This document shows positions 34,781 through 53,967 of a DNA stretch of 64,000 nucleotides, piece after piece. The stretch's first letter is position 1; each line of letters begins with the position of its first letter. The notes under the pieces are model-generated. The model worked only from the letters and a program-made list of their open reading frames with translations. It was not told the origin of the DNA and did no database searches. Made by a program: the position numbers and the translations under genes. The stretch spans positions 19,344,001 to 19,408,000 of the forward strand of contig CM022672.1 in assembly GCA_012295275.1 (NCBI GenBank), read 5' to 3'. Source of the stretch: Chrysomallon squamiferum. Its lineage: Eukaryota; Animalia; Mollusca.

Positions 34781-35158
34781 TTTATCCTAATTAATCTTTC
34801 TTATTTCAAGTAATCTTGATAGATGTTTATTTTATTTGAATGTGTTGGCTTCTGAAGATTACTAATTTTTTATTTAGTTGCTTCTGTACTTTTTATTTTC
34901 GTTGTTTCAAAGACGTTGAGATAGTTCGTAATTTTTTGTATTCTTTAACTAGACCAGAATGCATTGTGTTGATTGTTCCGGTGATAAAATTGTTGTGATG
35001 AAAGTTATTTTGTGTACAATATCTAAGTGAAATCAAAATAAGCGTGTTTTAAACATACAATATACAGAAATGTTCGTTAGTTAACGATTTAAATTAAATT
35101 ACATTGACTAGAATCCGCTTTTAAACAATTATTTTTCAGTTTCTAAAAAAGAAAAAAG

Positions 35159-40439
<5,281 letters not shown>

Positions 40440-42554
40440 AGCTATAGTTACCTGTAAAGGAAGAGGAGTGTGCTAGAATGAAGAGACTTATTTTTAATCT
40501 GTTTTATCCAAACATCTGAACAGTGTTGTAAAAAAATTCATTATCATTTGATGTACATTAACAATGGTCATGGATCAAACTTAGAAGTAGTTTTGGTGCA
40601 AAGTTAATTATGCATCCATTCAGTTGGAGAATTTCAGTGGAGACTAAGGGGGTGAAAAAAAGATGTTGTGTATCAGAGTAGATTGTTATATTCCAAATGT
40701 TACTATGGAGGAAATATTTTCATGCATTATTTCATTTACATTCTACTTGTAATATTCATTTGTGTACTCTACAAGCATTGTGGGATTTTTACTTCGCACA
40801 TTTTATAAATTAGCATTTCTTCTGATCTTATACATTTGTGTTTGATTTTAATTGTCATATAAGAATAAACATTTTTATTGGAATTCCCACTTGCATTGAC
40901 TTTGTTAATGAGCAGGTATTAAGAATCAATGAAAACAAGAAAATACCATTCACGTTATGAATATTAAACATTCTGGTGTCCATGTTTGACCACATATCAT
41001 GTTGAACAGTTTTAATGTGTTTTGTGAATTCATTTGATAACTTTAGCTTAGATTTATGATTGAAGTGATAGTTTCTCTGAAGTTTATATTGAAAAATAAA
41101 TCAATTTGTCAAGTTAATTTTAAATTTTCATCAGTTTTCTTTCCTGATGGAAGAAAACAGAATAAAAATATTTATTTCATTTATATAGTTCTTGTTTTAT
41201 TTAACAGTGCAAATGTGAAAATTGAAAATGAAATGTATATGGGAGAACAGGTAAAAAAAAAAAAATGTTTAGAAATGTCTACGTTAGTGTTGTGTAAATT
41301 TAATTTACAAAAATGAAGTCATTTAGTTGGTTAAGTTCTATATTTGTATAGTTGACTAGTAATTAAATTATACCATTTTGCTACTCAGTGAATTTGTATT
41401 ACCTGTTTTCCTAAGGGTCCAAAATGTTATACATGGAATAATACACATTTGATAGGAAATAATGAAAATACTGTAAACCAATTGTGAAAGTTCACTCAAG
41501 TGATTAATTAATATACAAGGCAGATGTTGGTTGAAACTAGTGTTTGGATTAATTTCAAATTAAAACTTTTGTAATTCTTAATAGTTCAGAACACAATTCA
41601 GTCTGGAGCATGCACGTTAAAATTAAGTAATTTTTGAAGGCTTGTTAGATTTCATTTCAAAATTAATTTTATATCTTCTGTATGTGCCATATAAATATCT
41701 TTTTAAATTAACCAGTTTACCAAAGGTGTAGACAAAAATCATTGTTTTAGCAATTGTGTATATATTTAAAAACAAAACAAACTCGTTTACCTGTCAAAGT
41801 AAATATTTTATTGCTATTTTTTTTCCACTAAAAGGTATACTAAATACAGTATATTGCTTTATAGTAATGAGCAACATGTCAAATGTATTTCTTTTTAAAA
41901 AAACAAAAACAATAAAAAGCACAACAAAATTTATGAGCAATATAACTGGTTAACAATCAACATGAAACTGGAATGATGACAGTATAGCAACTACAGTATT
42001 TAAATTATGTAACTGGTTTTCTTATCCAGAATATGTATTCCAAAGTCTAAAATGAAACTAGCTGGATCAGTATTAAATAAACCAACAGTCAAGACACACT
42101 GCAACTAATTATAAATAACCTGCACCATAAAGTATGATTTAAAAAAAAATCTATAAGTTACATGTGTGTGTGTGTATGTATATATATATATAAATGAACA
42201 TACAAAATAATACAAAATTATGAGAATCGGAACATCTCGGGTGATAAAGCAAATTTAAAAAAAAAATTGAAAGCATAAGTTAATATCATGCAACCAGAGC
42301 CCAGCTCTCATGTGCCAAATTAGGTGATTATCAGTCACTAAAATTTCTGACCAAGTAAAAACCAAAAACACATTAAATATTTGCCTACAACTGCTCTAAA
42401 GCTTAAATTATGGGTAATTTATTTCCATGTCATAAAGATGAGTAGAAAAAATAAAATATAAAAAATATAAATGTAACAAGGTAAAATACTATATTTTAAA
42501 ACAACGTTTCCATTATGGTGTACAATAACTCTCTAAAAAATAAAAGTATATGTG

Positions 42555-42817
42555 TTTAAAGCATTCATCTGTATTATTGACATTGTGTGGCTATGAACTA
42601 TAAAAACTGACTTCTATAAAAACAATAAATAAAATTTTTAAGATTTCAAAACGTAAAAACAAACACCACTTAAATTCTTTTAAAGCATTCATCTGAATAT
42701 TATGACAATCTGTGGCTATAAACTATAAAAATTTACTTCAATAAAAACAATACATAAAATTTTAACGGTTTCAAAACATTTTATGTAAAAAACAAACACC
42801 ACTTAAATTCTTTTAAA
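42555..42817. repeat. Tandem duplication of ~125-130 bp downstream of the SAPCD2 stop
   Basis: TTTAAAGCATTCATCTG...GTGGCTAT...AAAAACAAACACCACTTAAATTCTTTTAAA is present twice. Confidence 0.85.
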
Positions 42818-43068
42818 CATAACAGTTGTGCTTTTTTTGTTTTTTTTGTTCTATGCATGTTTTGTTTTTGTTTTTTTTTGTTAGCAAAAATAAAACTGAA
42901 ATCCTCCCCACAAACAATTACATAAAATATTTTCATAGATTATTTCTCAACTGCAAACAGTCTAGGTTAAAATAAAGACTAGCATGTATTAACACCACAA
43001 GCAGGCGGAGCTAAACGAACACAATTAGGGGTTCGGTGGGTGAAATAAAAACAACAATACAAAACCCA

Positions 43069-46000
43069 TCACATGAATGTAGTGTCATCATAACTTGTTT
43101 TGTGGATGCAGCGAGCTTCAAACAGTTCTCGTATAAGTGTGGCTTTCTCCTGCTCCAGCTGTGTTATCTTATCACTTTTTTGGCTGACTTCCTAGAAACA
43201 GATGAATAAAAAATTTAATGAATATAATTTAAGATTAGTTGTGTTTATCTTGTTACATCATACACCCAAATATGAAATCAATAATATTTCAAATGTTGCT
43301 TATTGTTTTCAAAATGAAATCATGAAAAGATCTTTAGTGTAATTTAAGAAACACAACACAAATGCTAAAAGTTTCAAAAATCATTTGAGATACTATGTAA
43401 AATCTGTTACTCAAAAAAAAAAAAAAATAATATAAAAAAATAATTTAAAAAAAACAACATAAAATTCAAATTTTTTAAAAAGTAAATAACAATAACTTTG
43501 AGATATATAATAAAAAAAAATCAGTCAGTCAATATATTTGTTTTTTGTTATATTAAACAGAATAAAGTTTTACCTGAGTCAGTTGCCTGTTTTGGCCTTT
43601 TAGCATTTTTATTGTTGACTCATTCATAACATGCAACTTACGAGAACCCAGAGCTAAATTCATATGTAGAGGAAATCCCTAAAATAGAACCATTCAATGT
43701 TAAAAAAAAAAAATTCTAACATAATTGATGTATATTAAAATAAAATATGATCAAATATTACTAATTATTAATTTATTTATTAATGTTTGTAAATAAAGAT
43801 ATTATTAAAAAGGCAAAAAATACATTAAAATCAGAAAGCAAGAAGTCTAATATATATACCACAATAATAAATCTAAACAATAGCTAGAAAATAAAAACAA
43901 CCTATACCCCCACATGCACAATTCATTAATCAATAAATTTACCTTCTCTGAACTTTCAATTAGTGTTTTGAGCTGCTGATTTACTTCCGTGATTCTAGAC
44001 TTCTGGAAGTTCATTCTTTCTTGATGAGCTTCTAATGAATGCTCCTGAAATGAAAATATAATTTGCCTTTCACTGAAAGTACATTGTTTACTGACAATTT
44101 ATACTTCAAAATGATAGGAAATGTATTCATGTCTATTTAAAATAAAATGAAAAACAGACAATCCACACCCATAAACATTTGAAAAAAACAAAAAAAAAAA
44201 AACAATGGACAGTTACAATGTTTTCTGTGATCCTATAATGTCTGTAATGCAGTCATTGCTTAAAGAACAAATACCTGGAACAACTATAAATGCATAATTT
44301 ATGAGGTTTTTTTTTTTTTAACCTCAGAACAGATAGAAGCTTAATTCACAATTAATTGACCAGAGTAAATTACTTGAACATTTAAAAGTGTGTTTTTTAT
44401 AAATCATTTTTTATAAAAAATACTGAGTAAAAAAGGAAATCAACTGATGAATAATCTTTCATGACAGTTTTAACACACACACACACACTATAAAATAACA
44501 ACAATAATAAATAATGTTTTTCTCACATTTAGGTTAGATTTGCCCAGGTACTTCTGCTTCTCTTGAATGGCAGAGAGCTGTTTACGATACCATTCACATG
44601 TCTGTTCACACATTTCCAGACCCTGAAGAAGTACATCACGCTCTTCTTCAAGTTGCTTCATACGCTTGATCTGTAATTAAAGAACTTAAAATTAAACTCT
44701 GAAAATGCAGATATCTTAGGAATAAAAATGCATTTTTAGTGCACCTGTATTAACTTAGCACATCTACAAAAAAGAAAAGAAAAAACATTTTAAAAGTAAT
44801 ATTAAAAAAGAAATAGCTATAAATTTGCTTTTGTTAATGAAAAAATTGTTTGTCCTCGAAAATTTTAGTTGAATGTTACTAAGCAGTTTTTCATACCAGT
44901 GTCTGCATGCACTATTCATTAAAATCTGTCACATTCTTATAATTTTATAAATTGTACTTGTAATTATTAAACAACAATATCTATTTTATACGAAATTCGG
45001 CCCAAGCATTCAAAAAAGACACAAAAATGGATGTAATAAGAAAACGGATCGTGCAACATATCAAGGCCCAGGTTTCAGTTCTAACCATTATCATTATCAT
45101 GTGATCTGCAACACACTCCTCACAACACAAAGAAAACATTAACTTTTGGGTGATGCACAAGGAAATACCTACAGCATTGTAATCCACACCACTGGACAGT
45201 GTGTGCCTGCGAGCTGAATTCTGACGTCTCACTGGCTTCTGTACAAATTTACTTCCGTCCTCTCGAGCATTGTGACTGTTATCAACATTTCGTTTTTGAA
45301 ACTGCTCAATGTTAGCTGAAGAAAAAAAGTTCAAGACATGATTTCAGTAAAAAACCATTTTTTTTAAAAGTACAAAGTTTAAGTAACTTCAATAACAACA
45401 ACAAAAATTTAAACCTTTAAAAAAAAAATAAAGTTGATGTTCATTAACTTCACATACAAATATGACACACATTTACAGTTTGAATATTATTATCTCTGAC
45501 AATTAATTTTCGTCTTCAAAAATAAATAAATAAAATACCATATATAGCTTGTGGATCACTCTTGTATATATTTGCTGAAGTCAGTTTACTTTCACTCTTG
45601 GATGCTAAGATAGCTGCATGTTCTTTCTGCCAGTTCTTCAACTCAGTGAGAACTCTGTCACTCTTCGAGAAATCCCGTGGTGGAAGTTTTGGTGGAATTA
45701 AATCAGAGCCACTTAGTGATTTTTTTGGCACTGACTGATGAGATCGTTCTGGTCGTGAAGGTGGGTGCACATCTTGGCTGCTATAAATATCATTTCTGGC
45801 AGGACCTGTATGTTGTCTACGATTATTTGTGTTTGCAGCATTATTTGGTTTTACAGCTGCTGTTACTGGATAATTTACATGTGATGTGGTTGTTTGATTT
45901 CGATATGGAGTATTCTGCACCCAGCTACCTGAGGATCCTGGTGCATCTCTTGATTTCGATCTTCGGCCCGAAATGTGGTTTATATTGCTACTTCGAGTCT

Positions 46001-46343
46001 TAATTAAATTGCTTTTGTCAACTGTCTTATCGGTATTTCCATCTTTATTTACTTTGCCATTTTCAAATACATTTCTGCTGGAAAACAGGGCAAGTTTCAA
46101 ACCAGCAACAAACCTTTCGAAACTAAGTAAACCATTAGGAGGTGTAACTTTCCGCAATGCTTCAATCACCCCAAACGGCAAGCCTTTAACGCCTTGATCA
46201 CTCCATCGAGATTCAATGTCACATAATCTTACAAAACCATTTCGATTTTCGTCCAAAATTTCAAACAAAATTTTTAAGGAAGAAACAAACTGTCTAGGTA
46301 ACTCAATGTCTGTGTTTGTCAGATTGTTTTCAACCGTAGACAT
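43069..46343 (-). CDS. SAPCD2: Suppressor APC domain-containing protein (SAPCD2/p42.3-like)
   Basis: Exons 46343-45539, 45315-45173, 44670-44527, 44044-43943, 43678-43574 and 43191-43069 are in phase. Motifs LPRQFVSSLKILFEILDE..IESRW..GLLSFERFVAGL, RRHTLSSGVDY, KRMKQLEEERDVLLQGLE and LKGQNRQLTQEVSQKSDKITQLEQEKATLIRELFEAR..TTFM. Confidence 0.9.
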
Positions 46344-46700
46344 AATTACAGTTCCGAAGTCTATCTGTCTAGACACACACAGTGTAAAGAGACATCGTCT
46401 GAATTGAGATTATGTACCAAGTATTACAACTGATGCTACGCCTTATATTGAAATATCCATAACATGACAATAATGTTTGAGATACCAGTGTAAATTGGAT
46501 TTTTTTCTTTCAGTTTAACAAACCAATGTTCATTGGTTCATTTCAAGATACTCTTTTGTAAAAGTCGAGCAGATATGTAGATTATTTATATCATATATCT
46601 TAGAGAGCTTCTGTTCTATTGGTCAATCTGCAAACCAATGTCCCTATCTTATCAAGCATTATACATTTAAACCTTTAACAAAGACTTTTTCTCATGGAGA

Positions 46701-46773
46701 GCCACCATAGCTCAGTGGTTAGAGCACTGGTCTTGTAAACCAGGGGTCGGGAGTTCGATCCTCCCTGGTGGCT
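46701..46773 (+). tRNA. tRNA-Thr(TGT)
   Basis: Full cloverleaf: acceptor GCCACCA/TGGTGGC, D-arm GCTC/GAGC, anticodon arm CTGGT-CTTGTAA-ACCAG and T-arm GGGAG-TTCGATC-CTCCC. A T-run terminator lies about 15 nt downstream. Confidence 0.97.
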
Positions 46774-48215
46774 TCAGGATATTACTGTTTTTGGAAAAAA
46801 AAATCCCCATGGCTTCAGAATAGGTGAAAAAATATATGTTCTTAATTATTAATACTTCAAATTCTAAAATATTTAATTTTTTTTTTTTAATTTTAATTTT
46901 TCTATTTACTACAGAACTTTTTATTAAATACAAACTGACATCATGTACTAATTTATATCTAAAACATGATAATTATGTATGTTTACTTTCAGTATTATAA
47001 GGTTTCACATTGTTTACATAATATATAATTTGAAAACCAAAAGTGAACAATTAACATGCACAGAAATAGGAAAAGAAATGAATAAATTCAAAATGTGTCA
47101 AGTATTAATAAATATTTTTTTTTTTTATTTACTCACATTTATACAACTGTTTTTTTTTTTTTTTTTTTTTTTAGAATTTCAGCTGTTTTTGGGGAAAAAT
47201 GTTTTTTTTTATAAAACTAACAAAAAGAAAACAAGAAATATAAAGAAAGCAACAAGTGTTGAAGACAGAACGTTTTGATTTAAACATTTATTAAGAGATT
47301 CTGTTGTACAAAAACGTTGCACAGTAATAGATCATTTACATATAATACAATCATTATAATTAAAGGAAATGATACCATGTTCTTTCTGATAATGAACAAT
47401 CACTGGAAAAATGCAGTAACTTAAAATTAATTTAAATCATCTTTATTATGTAAATTCAGATAGTCTAAAATCCATAGAAAATTATAAAATCATATTTACA
47501 ACATATCAGTAAAAGTGAATCAATAATTATTTTTCATATTCATTAAGATTCTAACATGCAAAAAACACCTGACATTGTCAATTATGTTCAATTTAAAACT
47601 GTATACAGAAGCATGATTTTATTTTATATTTATTTACAACATATTTTATAACATTACTATAAAATATAATAAAAATTTGATAAGAAACCATTTCAAATAA
47701 CAATAAAATAAATACATATTTGCATTTTTTTAATACCTTTAATTTCACAGTTAGTTCTTCAGATGATTTAAAAATGTTCACATCTAAATTAGAAAATAGT
47801 TACATTTTGCAACATGTCCACAACAAAAATCTGTGATAGAAAGAAAATTATAACAGTAATCTGCAACTATTTATATCTGAAACATGCATGTCCTCAAGTA
47901 ATTATTCATTTATGTAAAATCCATGAAGAATATATTTTGATAATACAAGAACAAGTTTTAAGAAACCTATCTTATTTCTCTATGATCTCAGTCATCAATT
48001 TAAAGTAGTAACAAAACACTGGCATGTTCATTTTTGTTTATGATTAGATGCAATATAAATAATTTTAAACCACTGGAATAGAAGGAAGCATTAACATCTT
48101 TTTTTTATTTTCATTCCCTATACTGGAAATGCGGCATCAGCTATATAATAATCATAAAACACTTATAGCAAGTAGGTTAAAATATATCACTCTCAGATTA
48201 TTAAGATTTTAATGA

Positions 48216-49077
48216 TCAAAAAACTCTCTCAAAATGTTGATCTGGATTGTGTGATGGTTTATGAGCAGCAGCTTGAGGATGGATAGGTCCACGTCTTCGT
48301 GGGGGTGCCAGGTATTCAAACATTGATGTCGTGTGACGGGAAAGCATGGGTGTTAAATCAGTCGGCATTGGATCTGTCCAAAATAAGTCGTGGTTCAGTG
48401 CACTGTCGCAGTCCAGTCTTTTGCATGGATCAAGGCACAACAACTTATCAAGAAGGTCGAGGGCATACTGATCCCTGACGTAAGGTTTTAACCTTTCCTT
48501 GACCTTCCTCTTCTGTCCTTTTGGGAGTTCAAGTTTGTCGTAGAGTTCCATTTTCTGCACTCCTGGCCACACTTCTGGACTGATGGATCCGCACAGCTGA
48601 CTGATAAGCTGAAGCTGATGCTGTTCTGTGTTCCCTTGCATTATGGGACTCCTAGTCCACATTTCTGCCATGATGCAGCCTGCACCCCAGACATCTATTG
48701 AAGGTCCATACATTCTCTCCCCCAGCAGGAGTTCAGGGGGACGGTACCACAGTGTGACCACTCGGTTTGTGTATTTAGGATTTGACCCTTTGCTGACGAG
48801 AGCTCGCGCAAGACCGAAATCTGCCAGTTTGAGTACGCCATTTTTTGTGATGAGGATGTTTGCAGCCTTCATGTCCCGATGTAGGATTTTGTTGCTGTGG
48901 ATGAAGTAGAGACCATTCAAGAGCTGCTGCATTACCTTTTTGATCTCTCCCAGTGTGAATTTCACATTAGCATTACTCAGCAGCCCAGCAAGATCATGTT
49001 CACAGAATTCAAAAATAAGAAAGAATGTGCTCTTGAATCTGTTGTAAGGACCAGCTGAAATACATCAGTAACAAACC

Positions 49078-49110
<33 letters not shown>

Positions 49111-50284
49111 TTCTAATAAATGAAACAGATTTAATAAACACCAAACATAAATATTAAATTTAACCTATTGGTAATACTAATAAAGCATTATATCTGATTA
49201 AAGAGTAATCATCTTTTCTATCTAATATCAATAAAAACAATGTTGGTACCATTCATAACATATACAAAAGGTTTTCTCAGAATACAACACTGAGTTTTAC
49301 TTTTATAAAATGTTATTTACTAAATATACCTTTTGTTCTGCATATTTCAAGAAGTTGTACAACATTCTCATGTCGGAGAAGTTGCAGTATTTTGATCTCC
49401 CTAATAGCTGTAATAGGAAACTGGAAGGGAATGTTGGATCCATTATTAACTGACTTTATTAAATTAAATTTCTGTTACTCTTTATCATGTAAAATTAATA
49501 ACATATTCATATTACTAAATAATGAAATGCTATATATTTATTCAGTTTGATTTTATATATATATATATATATAAATTGAATAAATAAAATTTTGTCTTCC
49601 CTCTAGAATAGCGTACATTTTTCCTACAAATTGTAATTTTTTTAATGTATATCAACTTATTTCAATGTATATATAATATCCAATTTTTCTGTATTATTTA
49701 TTAATACATATTATGATACAATTATCAATTATATATATTAAAAAAGAAACAAACAAACCCCTTCTTTTTCATTTTCCATTAAAACCTTCTTCATCGCCAC
49801 CAGAGCTTTGGTTTCTCTATGTCTTGCTTTAAAGACTTCACTAAAAATAATTAAAATTTGTGTTACAAGAGTTATCACAAAATATATTAATGTTATGATT
49901 AAAATATCTAATCATGTTTACCAAATTATCAAAACTCATATTTTCATAATAACTAAATAAGTGTAACAGAAAACAAAATCTATTAATTTAAGTTATTAAC
50001 ATGTTTAACAGAGTAAAATAATATTATTGTTGTTGTTGTTGTTATTATTCAAACAATTATCTTAATACTGGTAATTATATGTAATAATTTATTCTCATTA
50101 TCATGATTATGAATGTATTATCATTGTGATCATGATTTATATTCAGTGATTCACATTGATCATGAATCATTGAATGTATTTACCCGAAGGTTCCTTGTCC
50201 GATTTTGGCCAGTTTTTCATATTTTTCACTGGCATTTTCACAGTATGGAAATACCAGGTCTTCAATCTGACTACCTGAACTCAT
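48216..50284 (-). CDS. CDK9: Cyclin-dependent kinase 9 (P-TEFb kinase)
   Basis: Exons 50284-50184, 49840-49759, 49420-49330 and 49054-48216 are in phase. Motifs KYEKLAKIGQGTFGEVFKARH, KKVLMENEKEGFPITAIRE, HRDMKAANIL, YTNRVVTLWYRPPE and EMWTRSPIMQGNTEQHQL, with C-terminal FERVF. Confidence 0.96.
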
Positions 50285-50646
50285 TGTGAAGACATATAAT
50301 TATTAGTTTTGTTTTTCAGTAATCCATTATTCTATCACATCGACACACTGCTATCACAAAATGTACAAAAGCACTCCTTTCTTTTGCAACAGGAAATGCA
50401 GTGAAGGCAGATTCTATATGCTTATGTCTTATATAAAAATATTTAATTGCGATAAATATATTAACAGGATGGACATATTGATATATTACAGTTCATGTGT
50501 AATGTAGTAATATCTTAGTTATCTTCTACATTTATATTCGAAAGGACAATTAAACTTTTGATGATGTTACATGCGACGTCCTCCCTCTTTTTTGATGACG
50601 TTTTTAACAAGTACCTGTTTGGCAGTGTGTTGATAAAACGAAAATC
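50285..50646. promoter_or_regulatory. Compact bidirectional promoter for CDK9 and STEEP1
   Basis: Only 362 bp separate the divergent start codons; ETS-like CAGGAAATG ~50390 and CRE-like GACGTC/TGACGT ~50575-50602. Confidence 0.6.
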
Positions 50647-52098
50647 ATGCCTAAAGTTGTTTCAAAAAGTGTTGTTTGTACCGATACAAAAGATCAAGAG
50701 GAATATCAAGGAGAAAAACCTCTTTATGTTTATTATTGTATTTGTGGCCAAATGTGTCTCATACTCGGTAAGTATGTTGAATGATTTGTTTTACAAATTT
50801 AGAAATTATAAAGAAATATTATTTATTTAGCTAACACTAACAGTAACTCACTAACTGAGTAAGAGTAACAGTAACAGTTTAAAAACAAAACACTGTAGTT
50901 ACTTTTTTGTGTTAGTGTAATTGTTAGTATAGGTTTTACAAAATATTTTGATTCGATTTTCTTTTCATTAATTTATTCCTATTGCAAAATGTGGATAACA
51001 TTTATAAATGTAGTTACATTTTGTTGATTTTCTTATGTTCCTTTCTTTCAGACTGTCCAATGGAAAAATTGCCGTTAAGAAAAAGAGACCACTCACGTGT
51101 AATCGACAGTGAGAAACATGCACACAAGCTGACCTGTGACCCAGACGAGATTGTTTATTTACGAAGGTTAATAATCTGTAACCGATTATATATATCAGTA
51201 ATAATTTAAATAATCATAATGATCTACTCATCCTTTATTATTAGTAGTAGTAGTAACAATACTACTAGTACTACTATTATTGTTATTATTCTTCATTTCA
51301 GACCTGAAGGCATAGAAAAACAGTACAGACAGAAATGTAAAAGGTAAATTTTATTTTTTGGCAGTTAAAGATAATATATGCCTGTATGTGTGTGTCACTG
51401 ACATATTGACTCTAGTAATATTAATACTGTATAAAACAAATTTAGATACAGAAAGATATTCTGAGAAAAAATGTGTCCGAACATTTGACAATGATTGTTT
51501 TTAATTATTTCAGATAATTCTCATTCATGTATCAAACTACAGTATTGCTCCCATACATAAAGAAGAGAAATAATCACATCCAGTTTTTTAGTTACAGCAG
51601 TTATGTGATTGTGTATTTATGAATTTTAACAGAACCACTTCAGAGTATTTCAATTTTTATTTCAGATGTGGTTTATGGCTGTACTATCACCATCAAGGCA
51701 ACAGCAATGTCATGTTTGTGGTGGATGGTGCGATCAAAAGAGAAACAGATGGTTTCAAAACAGATGTGTACAGTCAGTTAGCTGCTCCAAAGAAGGTTAG
51801 CATTATAAAATAATTGAAGTAGACAGAAATTTAGTTCTTGTGTACATAACTTTTATAAATTTTGTAAAATCAGCATTTTGAAATAATTCACTGTTGCATA
51901 TGTTGTATTTTTATATGCTGTATTTGTGTTTTGCTTCTGTGATAAATATTTTAGTGAAGGGCAGTTTAGCATAAAAATGGTTGTTTTTATGAAATAATAT
52001 TCACTTGACTGTACAAATCTAGAATTAAATATTGTAATTAATTATTCTGGATTTCACACTGGCTGCAACTAGAGATGAATATTTCTTATTTCTATAAA

Positions 52099-52171
<73 letters not shown>

Positions 52172-53967
52172 TCACCATCATCACAGCCATGTAATACAAG
52201 AAATTATTCTCAATTTTTTTTTTTTTAAAATTTTTTAAGAATTTATATTTATAGAGAGCAATCATTTTATTTTATGTGTCCTCTATGTATGTTAGTATTT
52301 TGTTTTACTTAAATACACTGAGTTACCGTTGGTTGTTATTTATCAAGGTTACGCTGACAAAGCACACTAAAAACATGGGTAAATTCAGCTCGGTGACAGT
52401 GTCCACAGTTGATGAAGAGGAGGAGGAAATAGAAGCAGTAAGTACTTTTATTTTAATTTGTTTTCTGTTTATATAAATCAGTATATTGTTGAAAAAACCC
52501 TAATATTCTGTTATGGCAAAAAGTCAGATAAAAACAACCGTTACTTTTTCTTTGAAATACTAAAATAAATGATGTAAAAAAAAAAAAAAAAAAAAGTATG
52601 TATGTATATGTATGTATAATTTACCCTTTAAATAATCATGGAAAATAATTTATTTCTTAACAGTGTTTTGTAACTAACAAGATATTTTTGATGACTCAGT
52701 CCCTTGTTTACATATCTTTAGAGATTAGATTTAATTTTGTCATTGTTTTATATAATATCTGGAGAAAATATTGATAATTATTCAGCTTACTGATAATATT
52801 TGTAATTGAACAAATTAATATTATGTTTTTCACATAGTCATTATATCAAAAGTGTTCATTTTATAGACAGCTTCAGTTTCCCATTTGGAATCTTTGCCAG
52901 AAATCTTTGCTATTGTAATATTGCTTTAAAAAACAATTCATTGGAATTAAGTAATAGTGTTTGGCTTCTTGCCTTGAAATATATGTTTTATATTTAAATC
53001 ATACCAGAAGTTTTTAATTATCATTAAATGGCAAAAAATTGAGACACTACATCAAATTATTTAATATTTTTATTACATAACATTAATGAAATTGTACAGA
53101 AACATACTAATGATTAAGTTATAAACCACCCCCAAAACCCAGTTTATTAAAAATTTCTTTAACTATATTAACACTTACAATAATAATAAAAATAATAAAC
53201 ATAAAACTAATGTTTTACAACAGAATTGTCATTTTCTGAAAATCATTTCACTAATTTAAATTTGTTTATTTATTTACTTATTTTATTTGAATTTATAGAA
53301 AGAAATTGCTGATTCGTACGCTGCCAATGCCAAGGTTATTGAGAAACAACTTCTGAGAAAAGGAATGAGTAAAAGAAAGTTGATGGAACAGGTATGTTGT
53401 GTTTGTTAACATTTTAGTCTTGTTTGCTGAACCATTACTGCATGCTTAACAAACAGTGTATCTTTACCTGCATATATAACTACAAGTATAGTTTTACATA
53501 GTGTAAGGGATATAAATAATAAAAAAAAATACCACCCATCTTGCAAACATATTTTTTTAGACAGATCTTTACAACATTGCTTATTAGGTTCTGTGACACT
53601 GTATTCATCATTCAGCAGTATTGCATCAGTTAAAGATTTTATTATGTTGAGTGTTGAAATAAATGAAATCCAATTAAATTAAGTCATTCACTATAAAACT
53701 TTATTCATGTAATTTTTCTAATATTTCTTATTTTTTGAGAGTAAGTACAACTAATTTTAATTAAATTAAATTTTTTTTTTTTTCTGACAAGAAAGATATT
53801 AATTAAATTACTGATAATTTTAAAGAATATTTATACATGTTTAAAAATTAACAAATGAAAAAACAAAAGCATATTTGTTCATTCTTGTTATTGTATTAAA
53901 TTATTATCTGCAGGCTGAAGAAGAGGCTAAAAAGATGAGACCTAAGGGAACACTGATAGACAAATGA
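50647..53967 (+). CDS. STEEP1: STING ER exit protein / UPF0428 (CXorf56)
   Basis: Exons 50647-50767, 51052-51166, 51302-51343, 51666-51795, 52348-52437, 53299-53391 and 53914-53967 are in phase. Motifs [66 protein letters not shown] and KGTLID. Confidence 0.93.
52101..52169. repeat. (TAT)n microsatellite
   Basis: Trinucleotide run. Confidence 0.95.

Noticed and set aside
42998-43042. GC-rich patch with a small CGAAC/GTTCG hairpin just after the SAPCD2 stop
   Set aside because: It is too short to distinguish a UTR element from a transposon-end remnant or chance.
46712-46933. 73-aa minus-strand ORF ending PPGRIELPTPGLQDQCSNH
   Set aside because: This is the typical antisense translation of a tRNA gene.
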